Shown: positions 1-13,865 of the stretch, piece after piece
Layout of the letters: each line of letters opens with the position of its first letter
How positions within the stretch are numbered: the stretch's first letter is position 1
Assembly (NCBI GenBank): GCA_043228905.1
Contig: JBHGNT010000022.1
Coordinates: 6,448,001-6,512,000, forward strand
Reading direction: 5' to 3'
Source of the DNA: Azolla caroliniana
Lineage: Eukaryota > Plantae > Polypodiophyta
DNA length: 64,000 nt
The notes under the pieces: generated by a model
Told to the model about the DNA's origin: nothing
The model's input: the letters and a program-made list of their open reading frames with translations, nothing else
Databases searched by the model: none
Translations under genes and position numbers: made by a program

Positions 1-934
1 GGTCTTGAGTCTTTCTGATCAGTGTGATGGAGTACATATATACATATATATAGATGTATGTATGTACGTACATGACCACACTGTCGACCGACCTCTTTGG
101 ATATTGTCCAAATTTTATTCAACTAACTTTGGAGGATCTCTTTGTGTAAGTTGGGAATTGTGATTATATATGTAATGATGATGATGCTAGAACAGCCATC
201 CATCCATCGATTGTATATGTAAAGCTTTAGTTTAACGCCTATTCCTAGTCGCTTTTAACTATCTACGTCCTACATCCCCATGTGCACGGCATCACCCTCC
301 ATTCAACACGTGGCAAAATCACATGGTTGGGCGCCCTCCCCCCATCTTCCGACTTCTTGTTTCCTAGACTTGGGTAATGCTCAACAAGCTTGAACCTTGC
401 ATTTTGATTCTAGAATCATGGATCCATCGTTTGAGTGGTTGTGGTTATTTTAATCTCGACCTCGACTCTATAGAGAGCATGTCACGAATGATCCAAATAT
501 TGGGATGTAGGGCCAAACAATCATGAAAAGCTGTCTTCTTTTAATAGAAGGGAACTTGAGCATACCAAAGATCACTTGGAGTCACCATTTCAAGGAAGCC
601 AAAACTCCAAGAACGTTAGTTCTTTTATTTTGTTCTTTCTCTTAGGTTCTAGTGAGAAAAAGACATCTCTTGGAGAGTATGGGGAGACTAGTATATAAGA
701 CAGAAGGGAACTTTGGGCTCTAAAATATTTTGGATGCATACTTGGTTTGTCTTAGGTTGTAAGTATGAATTGTTACTCTTCTTTGTCATTTTTCTTGTTG
801 CTCAAGCAATGGACATCAATAAGCTTATAGCCCGACTTTGTTATATCCTTATTTTGTTGGTTCCTTTTTAGTCACACATTTAAACGAGGTGGGATGAGAC
901 TTGAAGGAAATTCTCTCAAGGCTTAGTATAATTT

Positions 935-1175
935 AATTGTTGCAATTGACGAAATCTTCCGCATAAAAAAGGCTTTATGAGATTGTTGTTGCTCAAGGAA
1001 GTTGTTTTATGTAGGATAGTCTATATTTGACGAATTAAAAAGGTTTTATTACATTGTTGTTGCTCAAGGAAGTTGTTCTTCATAGGATATAGTATATTTG
1101 AGGAATAAAAAAGGTTGTATGACATTGTTTTTGTTCAAGGACTTTGTTCTTCATAGGATATAGTATATTTGACAA
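935..1175. repeat. Imperfect tandem repeat, about 70-bp unit, about 3 copies
   Basis: Recurring ttgttgttgctcaaggaagttgtt..taggata..tatatttga near 984, 1054 and 1124. Confidence 0.7.
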
Positions 1176-3949
1176 AGCAACATAACGGAAACTAAAAATT
1201 CAATTTAGAGAACTTTATCGGGGAAAATGGTTTTAGTCTATAGGAGATGAAGTTGCTGATCTATTTGTACTTCAGCTTTAGTTTTGAAGAAAGACCCCGA
1301 TGATGATATGATAACAATGCTATGAATGGTTGAAGTTGGAAAGCTTGTAGATAAACCAATTCTGTTTGAAACAAAAAATTGCATACTCCTTGAATGCAAC
1401 AATAAATATAATACAAAGAATAATTTATAAAATATTGACCTCATAATTGAAGATTAACATCAAGCAATAATTCTATTATATTCCTTGCCAAATTCTTATG
1501 TTCATACTTTCATAATACAATGATGTATGAACTTCATAATCTTAGCTTGGATGAGACTAAGATAACCTTGCATTCCAAATATTTGAAGAAAAAGGTATTT
1601 GAAAGTACGAGTGAAGGTTTCAACAAGATTTTGATCCCTTCAATAATGGAGATAGATCCGGATCGAAATCTTGAACAAAGTCAAGAAAGAATAAATGCTT
1701 TCACTATTACAATAAGAGGCATCCTAACAAAGTTTTTCTAGGGTGTAAAATTGGCAGAAAGAAGGTTGTGACTTCAAATGCAATAATAGCACAAGGCGTA
1801 CAGAATGCCAAATTTCAGAAAGTTTCCAACCATGACTCAAAAAATGAATAGGTTCTTCACTTAATTCATTGTGTCTCCCTACGAATGATTGGGTTGTTAC
1901 ATATAAAGCCTTGGAAGGCAATGTTTTTGTTAGGAAATAACAAAGCGTCCAAGGTCATAGATATATAGACAATAGGCATCAATATGTATGATGAAATATC
2001 GAGGTCATTAGTGGGTGGTAAGAATGTTCTAGAATTGAAGAACTTGATATGGTTGGCCACAAGTGCAAGGCTAAAGCTGGAGCCATACAAGTCTTAAGAG
2101 GTGCTCTTGTTGAAATGAGATGGAATAACGGTAATGATATCTCCATATTAACAAGGAAGAAATTATAGGGGTTGCAAATATCACCATCAACCTCTAATTC
2201 AAACGACACAAATTATGGTCTGTTTATTGTTAACATATATACGAGAGGGTCTAACTAAGCAAACAAGAATTATTACACGTTGAGTAGAAGATAGAAAAAA
2301 TAGACTTCTATAAATGCTATACAGAGTGAAGTTCAATATATTGCCAATATTTAGACAAAGAGCAAGGTTCTTCTTAGGCTACACACACTAGAGATGGTGC
2401 CACACACATGTTAATCTTTGTTATTGACTTGTTGAGGAAGGGTTAGGTGTTTATATTAAAAAACAATAAGGCCTTTGTCAAGTTCAAACAATAGAAAACC
2501 TGGATTGAGAAGCAAAACTACAAAGCTAATAAAACACGTGAGAATTAACACTGCCTTGGAGTTCCATTACCAGGTTGCCAACAAAACACGGTATGAGTTG
2601 ATTCAATATCAAGGATAGTTTCTCGTTTCAAAGGACTATGTAGAAAAGAAATATTTAAACTTCATGAAAGTTGTACATATAAAATATAAATTTTAGAGAG
2701 GTCAACATTGAAACTTGATACCTTTGAACCATGAAGCAATTTAAATACCAACAAGGTGGAATAAAGAATAAATTAGACACAAATACTTATAATCCAAGAT
2801 AAAACATGTATGCCAAGTTGTGGCGCATGCTTCACGTAGTGTGCTCTAAGCAAGAAAACATACTTAAAGTTGATCGTATGGGAAACCCTAGATAAGGTTC
2901 TCACTATAAGGTGTCGAAACAATGGAAAACAAAAGTAAACAAGTAATGTATAGAAGTTTTATGTAATAATATTGATTTATCCTTTTTTTTTCCAAAAAAA
3001 ACCCTCCATTAGTATTAAAGAAGTCAATATACAAAATAGTCCACTATTACAATGATTTTGCAACATATTTTAGTAGAAAACTCTGGAACAGTCATGTAGC
3101 TTCAGCAATCCGGTCACCTTTAACATCAATATCAATCAAGCAATTACCACCAATGACCTTACCACCGATGACCTTTATTAATGGAGTCTATGCCATATAT
3201 ATTACTAAGCATTTCGTCCTGCTCCCAATGTTCACCAAAAATACCACCGTTAGAAATCCCTGCAATCTGATCGAAACTTTGTCGATTAATTCCTATGGTT
3301 GGTGTCGATGAATTATGAGGCATGTCCCCTCTTGAATTACATTCACAATTTTTGAATAACCATTGTTGCCACAAAAATCAGAAGACCACTAAATAGTTTG
3401 TTTGCTAGGATCTTCAAAAAAGCCCCATTTCATCATCCACATGAAGATTCTATTTCATACTCATAGTTGAGATGAATCATATGAATTTTCCATAATAACC
3501 AAATTGTCGATGACTTTTGCCTTACTTCAAAGCAATTAAACACTTTATAACCTCTTTTTGGTTAGCATATCCTACATTTACAACATTCCATGAAGCTGTA
3601 TCTTGGTAAGTAGACACTCCCTCGAGCTCTTTTCAAGTCCACTTAATAACAACCTTTGATAAGGACCATAAAATTATGTGGTGAACCATGTATTTACTCA
3701 TCATTCCTTCATATTTTGAAGCAATTTGCTACTATCATATGACATTCCACATCTCCCATAACCCATGCTAAAAGGATTCAATAACTACTCATTTCTTCAA
3801 CAAGCGCTATTATTTCCTCGAAGAGAGAAAGCATAATCTTGTATTGCATATTGAAACAGATTGTTCACAACTTCTACACTTTGAATAAATGCGGTGCAAC
3901 CATGCTGACGATTCCCATCAAACTCAACTACCTCTAATAACAAAATAAT

Positions 3950-4790
3950 AACAAAATATGCTTCCATCCCCACACCATCTTCACTCATCCTTGTCTCAAA
4001 ACAAAAATATGCTTCATTCAATCCGCATCAACCATCTCACTGATTACCACCAAAGTCCTCATCTCCTCATGATATGCTTCGGCCCCCGCACCATCATCAC
4101 TCATCCTCTTCTCATGGCAATATGCTTCACCCTACCGCCATCATCAGTCATCCTAATGAGAAATATAAACCTGCTTCGATTACCAGCAACATCATTATTG
4201 ACGACACAATAAATGAGTTAAAAAAATTCCTCACCTACTCATGATAATATGCTTCAATTCCCACCCTATCATCACTTATCCTAATGAAAAATAGAAAATT
4301 AGCTTCCTCAAATGGTGGCTCCTCAAGAAAATATGCTTCTCACTCATCTTTATCTCAAAACAAAAAACCACTTCATTCAGTCTACATCAAACATATCGCC
4401 GATTACCACCAAGGGCCTGTAAAAAACAACAACAAAATGAGTCTAAAAGATTTCCACATCTCCTCGTGATATGCTTCAGTCGCCGCACCATCATCACTCA
4501 TCCTCTCCTCATGGAAATATGCTTCAATCCCCACCGCCATCATCAATCATCGTAATGAAAAATAAAACCTGCTTCATTCAATCCACATCAACCATCTCGC
4601 CGACCATCTCTCCATGTCGTTGATTACCAACGAAATCTTGTATGTACAACACAATAAATGAGTTTAAAAACAACTTCTCACGTACCCATGGAAATCTGCT
4701 TCAGCTCCCACACCATCATCACTCATCCTGATTTGAAAACAGAAAACTCAACTTCCTCAAGGCCACATCAACCATCTCGTTGTCATCGAA
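3950..4790. repeat. Degenerate tandem repeat array
   Basis: Many diverged copies of atatgcttca..ccaccatcatcactcatcct and catcaaccatctc. Confidence 0.65.
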
Positions 4791-4929
4791 TATCACCAAT
4801 AGCTTAAACCTACAGATGCAAACATGAATGCACTCTTTCCTCTCCTTTACTCAGCCTCAGTGCTCGACAGAGCCACTGTTGGCTGCTTTTTGCTGCTCCA
4901 TGCAACAACCACGCTACCAAGAGAAAAAA

Positions 4930-6762
4930 TGTAACCGGAGGTGGATCGGCGATCCGATGCATCACAAGCCTAGTTGGCATCAGTATTATAGACTAGCTTC
5001 CCAACTATACCATGTCGGTATAACAGTCCCCGGTCCTTTGTGCTGCTCACATATCACAATAGTTGATGCGCGCACTGAAGGTGCTCCACGGTCGGCTTTT
5101 GCATAAATTGTCTGATCACTCCGACTGGATAACTGATGTTGGGTCAGGTGATCGTTAAGTATATAAGGCTTAAGACAATTTTTCGAAACCTTTTCTCATC
5201 ACAGGCTGGGCCAGAGTCAGGACGTAGCTCCAGGTTACGGTTCAGGGATGTGGAGATTGGTTGACATTCCGTCATGCAAAACTTGTACAACATATTCAGC
5301 ACATAGTGTCTTTGTGAGAGAAATATGCCATCGGGGGTCCGGATCACCTCGATCCCAAGAAAATAATGAAGGTTCCCCAGTTCCTTCATTTCAAATGCGT
5401 CCGACAACTGGAACTTCACTCTGCCAATTTCCTCCAGTCCGGGTTCGGTGATGACGAAATCATCAACATATAGCAGGATACAAACCAGACCGTTCGGACC
5501 TTTCCGGATGAACAATGATGAGTCGGACTTTGAGGCCGCAAACCCCATCTTACGCAACCGGTGTGTGATCTTTGCATTCCAAGCTCGGGTAGCTTGCTTC
5601 AGACCGTAAAGCGACTTCTTGAGTCGGCATACTGCCAACTTGTTCATCTCCGATTGGAAACCGGGGGGTTGGATCATATAGATCCGTTCTTCAATGTCAC
5701 CTTGAAGAAACACATTCTTCATGTCCATTTGGTGAAGATGCCATCCCCTTGCCGCATCAACAACTAGTACCACACCAACCGTCGTCATCTTCGCTACTGG
5801 AGCGAAGGTCTCGTCGTAGTCGACTCCATGGGTCTGTGCATATCCCTTGGCCACTAACCGGGCCTTGTATTGGTTGACCGAGCCTTCTGCATTGTACTTC
5901 ACCTTATATACCCATTTGCAACCGATCGTTTTACACTGTCGGGGAGGGTAAACTAGGTCCCATGTGTCGTTGGCATCAAGTGCCCGCATTTCTTCCTCCA
6001 TAGTAGCACGCCAATTTGCCTCTTTTGCTGCTTCTACGTAGCTCTCTGGCTCACGCACTTCCGCTACCTTACTCATGTATGCATAGTGATATGCCATGTA
6101 CTCATTGTATCCATACCTCTGGACGGGGTTCTTCTGGCGGATTGAGCGGCGTAACTTTTTGTTAGTCGGTTTGAGGCCCTTTCTTGGCCGATTCAGACTT
6201 CCTTTCTGAGGATCCGCCTTCTTCCTTTCCGGGGTCAGATTTGCTCTGATCCGACCCTTCACTACCGGTATCGTATTCCGACATCTTCTTCTTCCCCTTC
6301 TCTTTGCACGTGAACCGTCTCCTCAGTTCCTTGCGCGGGGAGAGCACAACAAAGTCTCCACTACTCGCTGGTTCTTCATCTGACTGGTCATCTCGACTCA
6401 ACCGCTCATATGACCCACTTAGCCGAAATGAGATTGAACTCTCATCTAGAGTACCGACACCTTCATCTTGTTCTTGAACCTCTCCGGGTTCACTAGCCTC
6501 ATCGTCCGGAATCGGGTCTTCGTCGGGAGTTGGAGTCGGTAGGGAGTACCATGATGCCGACTCATCAAACTCAACATCTCGACTTACTCGTACCTGTTTA
6601 GTCCGGGGGTTATAACACTTATACCCCTTCTGTTCATGCAAGTAGTCGAGGAGTATGCACTTCTTCGATTTCAGATCGAGCTTCCTCTGCTTCTCATCCG
6701 GTACATGCACATATGCTATGCTACAGAGGAGTCTCAACCCTCACGCTCTGATACCATGTAAA
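4930..6762 (-). pseudogene. Inverted Ty1/copia fragment: PBS and leader joined to integrase C-terminus, RT and start of RNase H
   Basis: Minus-strand ORFs 6162-6737 (AYVHVPDEKQRKLD..KGYKCYNP) and 5144-6262 (CKWVYKVK..YKARLVAKGY, YGLKQA, LYVDD). Sequence ends at RSTSGY (4930). Minus-strand PBS tggtatcagagc at 6745-6756. Confidence 0.9.
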
Positions 6763-7036
6763 GGCTAGTAGTGAGTGTTAGCCGCTCGTATGAGCATTGA
6801 AGTACATAGTACTTTTGTCAGTCCTTTTGAGGACTTGTATAAATAGTGTTGTTTAGCACGTTGTATAATAAGAAAAAAATACAGTGTTATTTTTGGGAAT
6901 AGAGTTTATGTTCTGCTCTCTCTGTCTCTCCCGTGTATGCTAAATACTCTCAAACTTCCATTGAACCTGTGTTTTTATTCTCTGTTGCTACCCGGCTAAA
7001 CCAGTTTTGTCAAGCTTCCACACGCTAACTTTTACA
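6757..7036 (+). repeat. 5' LTR of copia-1 (probably truncated)
   Basis: tgtaaa...tttaca, TATA-like gtataaatag, directly followed by the PBS. Homologous to but diverged from 10984-11440. Confidence 0.8.
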
Positions 7037-7134
7037 TGGTATCAGAGCGTGAGGGTTGAGACTCCTCTGTAGCCGACAAATGCTTCTGAAGACAAACCTT
7101 AACACCCTGTGATGAACAGTAGAGAACCGAGATG

Positions 7135-10100
7135 GACAGAGGTATGGCAAGTTCACTTCCCACAGAAAAGCTCGACCGGTGCAACTAACTCTATGCATCC
7201 TGGTCATATAAAATGCACCAGTACCTGCTGGGGCATGGATATTGGAGCTATGTGGAAGGAACCAACAAGGTAGCACCGGAGCCGGCACACAAAGACTTCC
7301 CGGCATGGGAGCAAGGAGCGAGCCGAGTATTGTAGTGCCTCATGTCCGGTGTGCACGATCAGATGCTCGAGTACATCAAGGACGCAAAAACGCCAAAGGA
7401 GGCCAGGGAAAATCTACGGAAGGTTTTCGCTGCAAGTACCATAGCCCATAAGTTGCAGCTCCGGCAAGAGCTAAACAACATCCGGCTAAGAGATATGTCA
7501 GTTACGAACTACACCACTAAGATTAAGGCGATCTGCGATACACTCGGATCCATCGACGTAACGGTGGAAGAAGACAAGATGGTTCAGATCTGTCTTGGTG
7601 GTCTTGAACAACGGTACGAGCCAATCCGGATGGCATTTTGCACCCGGGAGAAGCCACCATCCTTCTTCGACTTACAATCAATGTTGATGGTCGAAGAAAA
7701 CCATGCGAGCGGGTCGAGGACCACTCAATCGGACAACCATATGCTGCTATTCACGGAGGCGGATTGGCCCCGAGGGCGTGGAAGACGAGGTGGGTCGGCA
7801 CACAATGGAGGCGGACGATAAGAGCAGAACCGAAGGCACAGAAATGGTGCCGACAGTAGTTCCGGACCATCCACAAGCAGGGGGAGTCAAGTCGGAGCCG
7901 GAAACTGGTAGTCGAAAACCGACATGGAATGCTCGTATTGTGGCAAGAAAGGTCACACAAAGAGCGAGTGCTGGAAGAAGCGTGCCGATTCGGATAAATC
8001 CGGATCCGGCAAGGCCGGACAAGGGAATTGGCAAAGCTCACACTACGCTGAAGGATCGGAAGGATCCGAAAAGGGGCATGCCTTCGTGATGAAGCACAAG
8101 GCGAACTCGATGAAGAAGACTACTTCCGGATCGGAGGAAGTGTGGTATGTTGATTTCAGAGCGTCAAACCACACGACAAGCCACAAAGAGTGGTTCTCCT
8201 TTTTGGAGAAACCGGAACAACCGGGAGTTGTCGAAACCGGAGACGACACTCCTCGTCCAATTGTGCACATCGGAGAAGTCCCTTTAAGCCATGTCGAACA
8301 AAGGGGGAAGCTGATGAATGTTCTACATGTCCCGACAATCACAAAGAACCTGGTGTCAGTCGGACAAATCATCGACCAGGGAATGTAGGTGTGGTTTATG
8401 CACCTCAGGTGCTTCATCGAGGAAGATGGCCGGATAATCGTGCAAGGGCATAGAGAAGGGAGGATGTTCATCCTCAACACAAATGACGTCGGCACCATCA
8501 TGTTTGCCAAAGAAAAGAAGATTGAATCAGACATCGATCTCTAGCACAAGCAGATCGGCCATGTCCACTACTAGAGGCTGAGGCGAAGAACATGTTGGAG
8601 GAGAAGAGCATGCCCAAATTCTACTGGGTTGAGGCGGTCCAGACGGACGTCTACATCCAAAACCAGATCGGGGACAAGATGTCAGCACATGAGTTGTATT
8701 TCGTGCGGAAGACGAATTTGAGACACCTTTAGATATTCAGTAGCATAGCATATGTGCATGTACCGGATGAGAAGCAGAGGAAGCTCGATCCGAAATCGGA
8801 GAAGTGCATACTCCTCGACTACTCGCATGAACAGAAGGGGTATAAGTGTTATAACCCCCGGACTAAACAAGTATGAGTAAGTCGAGATGTTGAGTTTGAT
8901 GAGTCGGCATCATGGTACTCCCTACCGACTCCAACTCCCGACGAAGACCCGATTCCGGACGATGAGGCTAGTGAACCCGGAGAGGTTCAAGAACAAGATG
9001 AAGGTGTCGGTACTCTAGATGAGAGTTCAATCTCATTTCGGCTAAGTGGGTTGTATGAGCGGCTGAGTCGAGATGACCAGTCACATGCTGGGTTGCAGTA
9101 CTTTATGACGGATGTTAGATGACCACAACCGGACCTTGAGGAACATGTGTGCATATGATCCAGCCCCCCAGATTTCACTCCAGAATGAACACATTGGTTG
9201 TTTGCCGATTGAACAAGTCCCTATACGGACTCAAGCAAGCCCCACGAGCATGGAACGCAAAAATCACGTAGAGACTGCATCGAATGGGGTTTGCGCCATC
9301 GAAATCATACTCTTCACTCTTCATCAAGTAGGGTCGGAATTGGTCAGTAAGCATTTTGCTCTATGTGGATGATCTAGTCATCGCCGGCGCCGACCTGGAA
9401 GAAATCGACTGAGTCAAGTCTGAACTCGTGGCATCATTTGAAATGAAGGATCTCAGGGACCTTCATTACTTCATTGGGATCGAGGTGATCTGCAACCTGG
9501 AAGGCATACTGATCAGTCAACATCATTATGTATTGACTATGCTCTTCAAATTCGGTATGACAGGATGCAAGTCCGTCCCAACTCCTCTAGACCAAAATGT
9601 CAAGCTTTGCCAATGGTCGGGAGCAACATGCGATGCAACACGGTTCCGGAAAATTGTCGGGAGCCTTATCTATCTAGTGATCACTCGACCGGACCTCAGT
9701 TATCCGGTTGGACTGATAAGTCAATTTATGTCGCAGCCGACCATCGAACATCTGCATTGTGTGCATCAGATAATGTGATATGTCAACGGCACTAAGAATC
9801 TGGTGTTGTTGTATCGGGCCGGTATAACAAGACAACTTGTTGGCTATATGGATGTCGATTGGGCCGAAAACGTCGGCGACTGCAGGTCAACATCCGGATT
9901 CGCATTTTCACTTGGAAGTGCCACGGTCACCTGGAGCAACAAAAAGCAGCCGACAGCCGCACCATCGAGCATCGAGGCTGAGTATAGAGGCGCGGTTGTC
10001 ACAACATGCGAAGCCATTTGGGTTAAACAATTATTAAAGGATCTACAGGTGGAGGTGTCCGATCCGATGACGATCTACTGCAACAACCTCAACAATATCC

Positions 10101-10320
10101 AACTAGCGAAGAACCCCGTCTTCCACACTCGAAGAATGCAGATTGAGGTGCATTACTATTTTGTCCGAGAGCGAGTCCTCTCTAGTGAAATAGAACTAGT
10201 GTATGTTCTGACAGATCTACAGACTACTGACATCTTCACAACCTCTCGGCTTGGACAAGTTGTGGCACTTTTCGGGCATGCTTGGTCTCCAGCACCTCGA
10301 TATGCCAATCTTGAGGGGGA
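7135..10320 (+). pseudogene. copia-1 gag-pol, fragmented
   Basis: ORFs 7342-7821 (gag), 7924-8388 (zinc knuckle, protease), 9428-9778 (RT) and 9803-10327 (RNase H), with stops, frameshifts and deletions. Confidence 0.85.
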
Positions 10321-10983
10321 GAGATGAAGCCAAAAAGGAGGAGAGAGATGACGATGTCTGGAAAGCCGAATCGGATGCCGAATTCGATTTCGGGCCAACT
10401 AAAGAGGTTGGAATGTTTGGATTGGCTGAAGAAGCCAAGGATGAATGGACATGTGTAGGAAGATCGGAAAAGTGGAAACTAGTTAGATAGAAGCCGGAAC
10501 CAGAGCCAACCGAGTCAAGGGATGGAAAAGCCGACAAGGGCAAGAGAGGCGGTAGGGTCGAAAAGGACAAAGCTAACCGAACGAAGGCCAAGACCAAGAC
10601 ATGGGCAGATGTGGTCAAGGGCCTGAAGGAGGATGAATCGGAGACAGGTGATCCGGCCAAGAACCAGAACAAATCGGAGATTCCCGACTCTGTCAGGAAT
10701 TTGGTTTAAAAGAGCCAAGGCAGTTGATGGCTAAGTGGACAAGGAGGCAATCGAAGACCACGTCGACATGGAGGAGCCGACGGGTCGAGGGGCGCCAACA
10801 CTGCAACTGTGACAAAGCTGACTTGGCCGAAGGAGGAGACGAGTTGATCGAGAAGGTCAAGGTGTGTGGGACCGAATGGGTCGAGGAGCGCGAGCAAGAC
10901 ATAGGGACGCCAAAAGATGCTGACAAAAGGGATCAGCAAAAACAAACACAGTGATCCGCCCTCAAGTTGAGCTTGAGGGGGAG

Positions 10984-11440
10984 TGTTGACAAGCTCAACC
11001 GGATCTAGATTGGCTGAATAAGCCTAAGCCGGATTGGAGTCCAGAACGAAGAACCGAATCAGTGTCTGTATCGGTATCCGGAACCAAGAGCCAGATCGTA
11101 ATTCGGATCGTATTGTAACCAGTAGGTCGTTAGAGACCTACAACCCTAGCCTAGTACATAGGCATATTTTTTGGAGTCTCTGTCTGATGCTCTGTACAAG
11201 CATTAAAGTACTCGTCAGTACTTTAGTCAATCCTTTAAGGACTTGTATAAATAGTGTTGTAAAGCACAGTTGAATATATAGAGTCTTTTGAGTAATTTGA
11301 AATTGAGTTATAGTTTTGCTCTCCCCTTTGTCTCTCCCGCTTATTGTGTATATTGAAGCTCTCCATTAAACCTTCATCCATGTATTCTATTGTTATCCAG
11401 TAGAGCCGGTTTTATCGACGCTTTCGCACTCACTTTTACA
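10984..11440 (+). repeat. 3' LTR of copia-1
   Basis: Starts tgttg right after PPT gagggggag and ends cacttttaca. Confidence 0.85.
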
Positions 11441-11441
11441 C

Positions 11442-11932
11442 TGTTGTCCATAGGCCAAAAATATAAATTAGTTAAATGTAATACGCCGGTAGGTAAGGCG
11501 AGTAGGTAAGGTGGAGTTAGGTAAACGCCGAGTTTCGAGCCTCACAATTAGCCGACCGCTCAACTCTGTATGAAGAAAAAGTATATAAACCGAGGTCTGC
11601 GTACCTTGGGGAGGGGGAGAGATATCTAGAGCCTAGGCGAGGTCGTTTCATAGCTATAAGAGCTTTGTAAGGTCACCGGCTGTGGGCTGTGTTTTTTTTG
11701 TAATCATCACTAACTGTTCGCAGTAATACATATTTACTAGCTCTTGTTGTTTTCATCTGTGTGCCGTCGTTTCTAAGGTCTCAACTACATATACGACCCA
11801 GGCTCTATTCCGGGTATGCTCTCCGTGTTCTTCCCCTAACGATGCCTCCGTGCGCAAGTCTTCATGTTACACTTCCCTTGATACCGATAGCTTGTAGGCA
11901 TATCAAAGGTGTTACCAACAGAACGGTTAACA
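11442..11932 (+). repeat. 5' LTR of E1
   Basis: tgttgtcca...ggttaaca. Matches the split 3' LTR at roughly 96-97% by eye. Confidence 0.93.
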
Positions 11933-11937
11933 CAATT

Positions 11938-11950
11938 TGGCACGCCCGGT
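11938..11950 (+). promoter_or_regulatory. PBS of E1, tRNA-Arg type (tggcacgcccggt)
   Basis: TGG-initiated, 5 nt after the LTR. Complementary to the recalled plant tRNA-Arg(UCU) 3' end accgggcgtgcca. Confidence 0.75.
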
Positions 11951-13200
11951 TACAGTTGTGAGATCCCAGCGAACTACGTTGAAGACAACCTTCAGCCTCC
12001 ATTACGGTGCCCAATCGCACCACGCGGTCTCGGCCATCTGACTGACGCCCTGAGCTAGTTGAAGGCTCTTCCGACTCGGCGGTCACGGACCAGTTTTTCC
12101 AAGAAATATCGAAGGCTCACCGGTTGCAATCATCGCCACCTGCTACTCAGTCGCGAGTTGAGTCCACACCAACCTCTCCACAAAGCCCTCCAGAGGTCAC
12201 CCACCCTGACCCTAACCCTTTTTTGGTTTACCGGAAGACCCCGAATTTGATACCATGTCGTATCCTTACCCACGATACACCGACAGCCCCGACGCGGAGT
12301 CGCACATCTGTGCCTTCATGTCCACCGGGCAAGCCAACCACTCAACACAACGACTCTCGTCTGCCGAAATCGAGGCCTCAAAAATTGCCGAGTTTACGCT
12401 ATCCCTCGATGGACCAGCTGCGCGATAGTATTCTGGCCTCGACACAAGGGAGTTTGCCATCTTCCACGACGTTCGCACGCAGTTCCTAGAATTGTTCCAT
12501 CGCGAGGTGCCCAAACGAGAAATGCTCCGACAGTTCTTTTCCATGCGACAAGAACCGCACGAGACGGTCGCACAATTCACGATCCGATTCCAGGATCTCT
12601 GTAGACAAGTGGTCGACGATGTCTCTGCACAACACATTCCGGACGCATTCCTGTCCAGCCTATGGGAGCCTCTACGGACGACTCTCGCACTTACTAATTT
12701 TGCCAACCAAACGATTGAGCAAATCATAGCGCGCGTCCTCGCCCTCGATCGGACTCAGCAAAGCACGACTTTCGCTATGAGTTCACTGCAAAGCGCCCTT
12801 CCCCAGGAGGACAATCACTTCCGCCAAGCCCTCCAATGCACAGTTTGCTCGGGATCGGGCCATTTGGCCCTCGAATGTCCTCACTGGCCACAATGTCCAA
12901 TCTACCAGTCCCGATCTCACACTGTCGAGCATTGTGAATACAATATGCTCAACCGTACAACGACGGCCCTGATTCGCCAAATCGAGCCCAGGGATACATA
13001 CTCTCGTCAGGAAGAGCGACAATCCTACCGGAACCAGGGTAACCAATGACCCCGATCGCCAGATAGAAGGCGTCGTGACGACGACTACCGTCGGGATGAC
13101 GACCGTTACCGAAACGACAACCGACGAAGATTGTGTTGGGATTTCGGTCCCTCCGGATGGGATGTCCGGAGATGAATGACGGCAAGCCCGGTTGCGGTTA

Positions 13201-13366
13201 CGGTGCCGGATGATGAAGACCCCGGCTACGGAGCCGGATGATGAAGACCCCGGCTACGGTGCCGGATGATGAAGACCCCGGCTACGGAGCCGGATGATGA
13301 ATACCCCGGCTACGGAGCCGGATGCTGAAGACCCCGGTTACGGAGCCGGATGACGAATGTACCCGG
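13201..13366 (+). repeat. 28-bp tandem repeat in the U3 of copia A LTR (about 5.5 copies; also at about 18017-18182)
   Basis: Unit cgg(t/a)gccggatgatgaagaccccggcta. Confidence 0.9.
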
Positions 13367-13865
13367 AGGGAGATCCGGATGCGGGGACATATTTGTGAAT
13401 ATGTTTGCCAAGAGCCCTTGAGGCTATATTTGTAAATAGCCCGAAAGTCATATGTGTATAAATATGACTTAGGGCAAACAGTTTATGTTGTTGCTCATTT
13501 TTCTGTTTTCCACTAAGAGGGAGCGAAGTGAGAGCAGCCGAGAGAGAGTGAGAGAGAAAGAGGAAGGAAGAGGTCGACGCCTCTGTGTAATACCGCCGCC
13601 TGTGGCGAGGACAGCGAGCTCAAGGTTGTTGCCTTGTAGCCTCACCATTGTACATCTCTGTGCATAGTGATAGTTGGAGTTAGAGGACTCCCGTGGTTTT
13701 TTTTCCCATTTAGGGTTTTCCACGTAAACATCCTGTGTGCTCTTCTCTCTGTTGTTCTTCGTGCATTCTTGTATTTCCCGTTTTCTGCGAATCGATCCTG
13801 TTCCTCGGTTGTGGCCGAGCACGGAATTGCAACAAATTGGTATCAGAGCGACGGTAACACAGAAA

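Larger units (their letters stand above)
6757..11440 (+). mobile_element. Degenerate chimeric Ty1/copia LTR retrotransposon (copia-1)
   Basis: LTR-like 6757-7036, tRNA-iMet PBS 7037-7048, gag with CSYCGKKGHTKSEC knuckle, protease WYVD, integrase core deleted near 8580, RT/RNase H 9130-10250, PPT 10975-10983, 3' LTR 10984-11440. Confidence 0.85.

Noticed and set aside
1-3900. Short ORFs in the AT-rich left end
   Set aside because: No motif I can recognise. Probably decayed repeats, left unannotated.
6745-7048. Two PBSs around the copia-1 LTR as another dual-priming system
   Set aside because: Explained by a local inverted duplication that includes leader and pol sequence. The element has a normal PPT.
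13201-13366. Regular repeats resembling a CRISPR array (also 33335-33555 and 38166-38495)
   Set aside because: Head-to-tail repeats with no unique spacers, inside LTRs, no cas genes, eukaryotic context.
13737-13865. N-terminal extension of the 1400-aa ORF
   Set aside because: It starts at a non-ATG codon inside the LTR, upstream of the PBS. The plausible start is the ATG at 13866.
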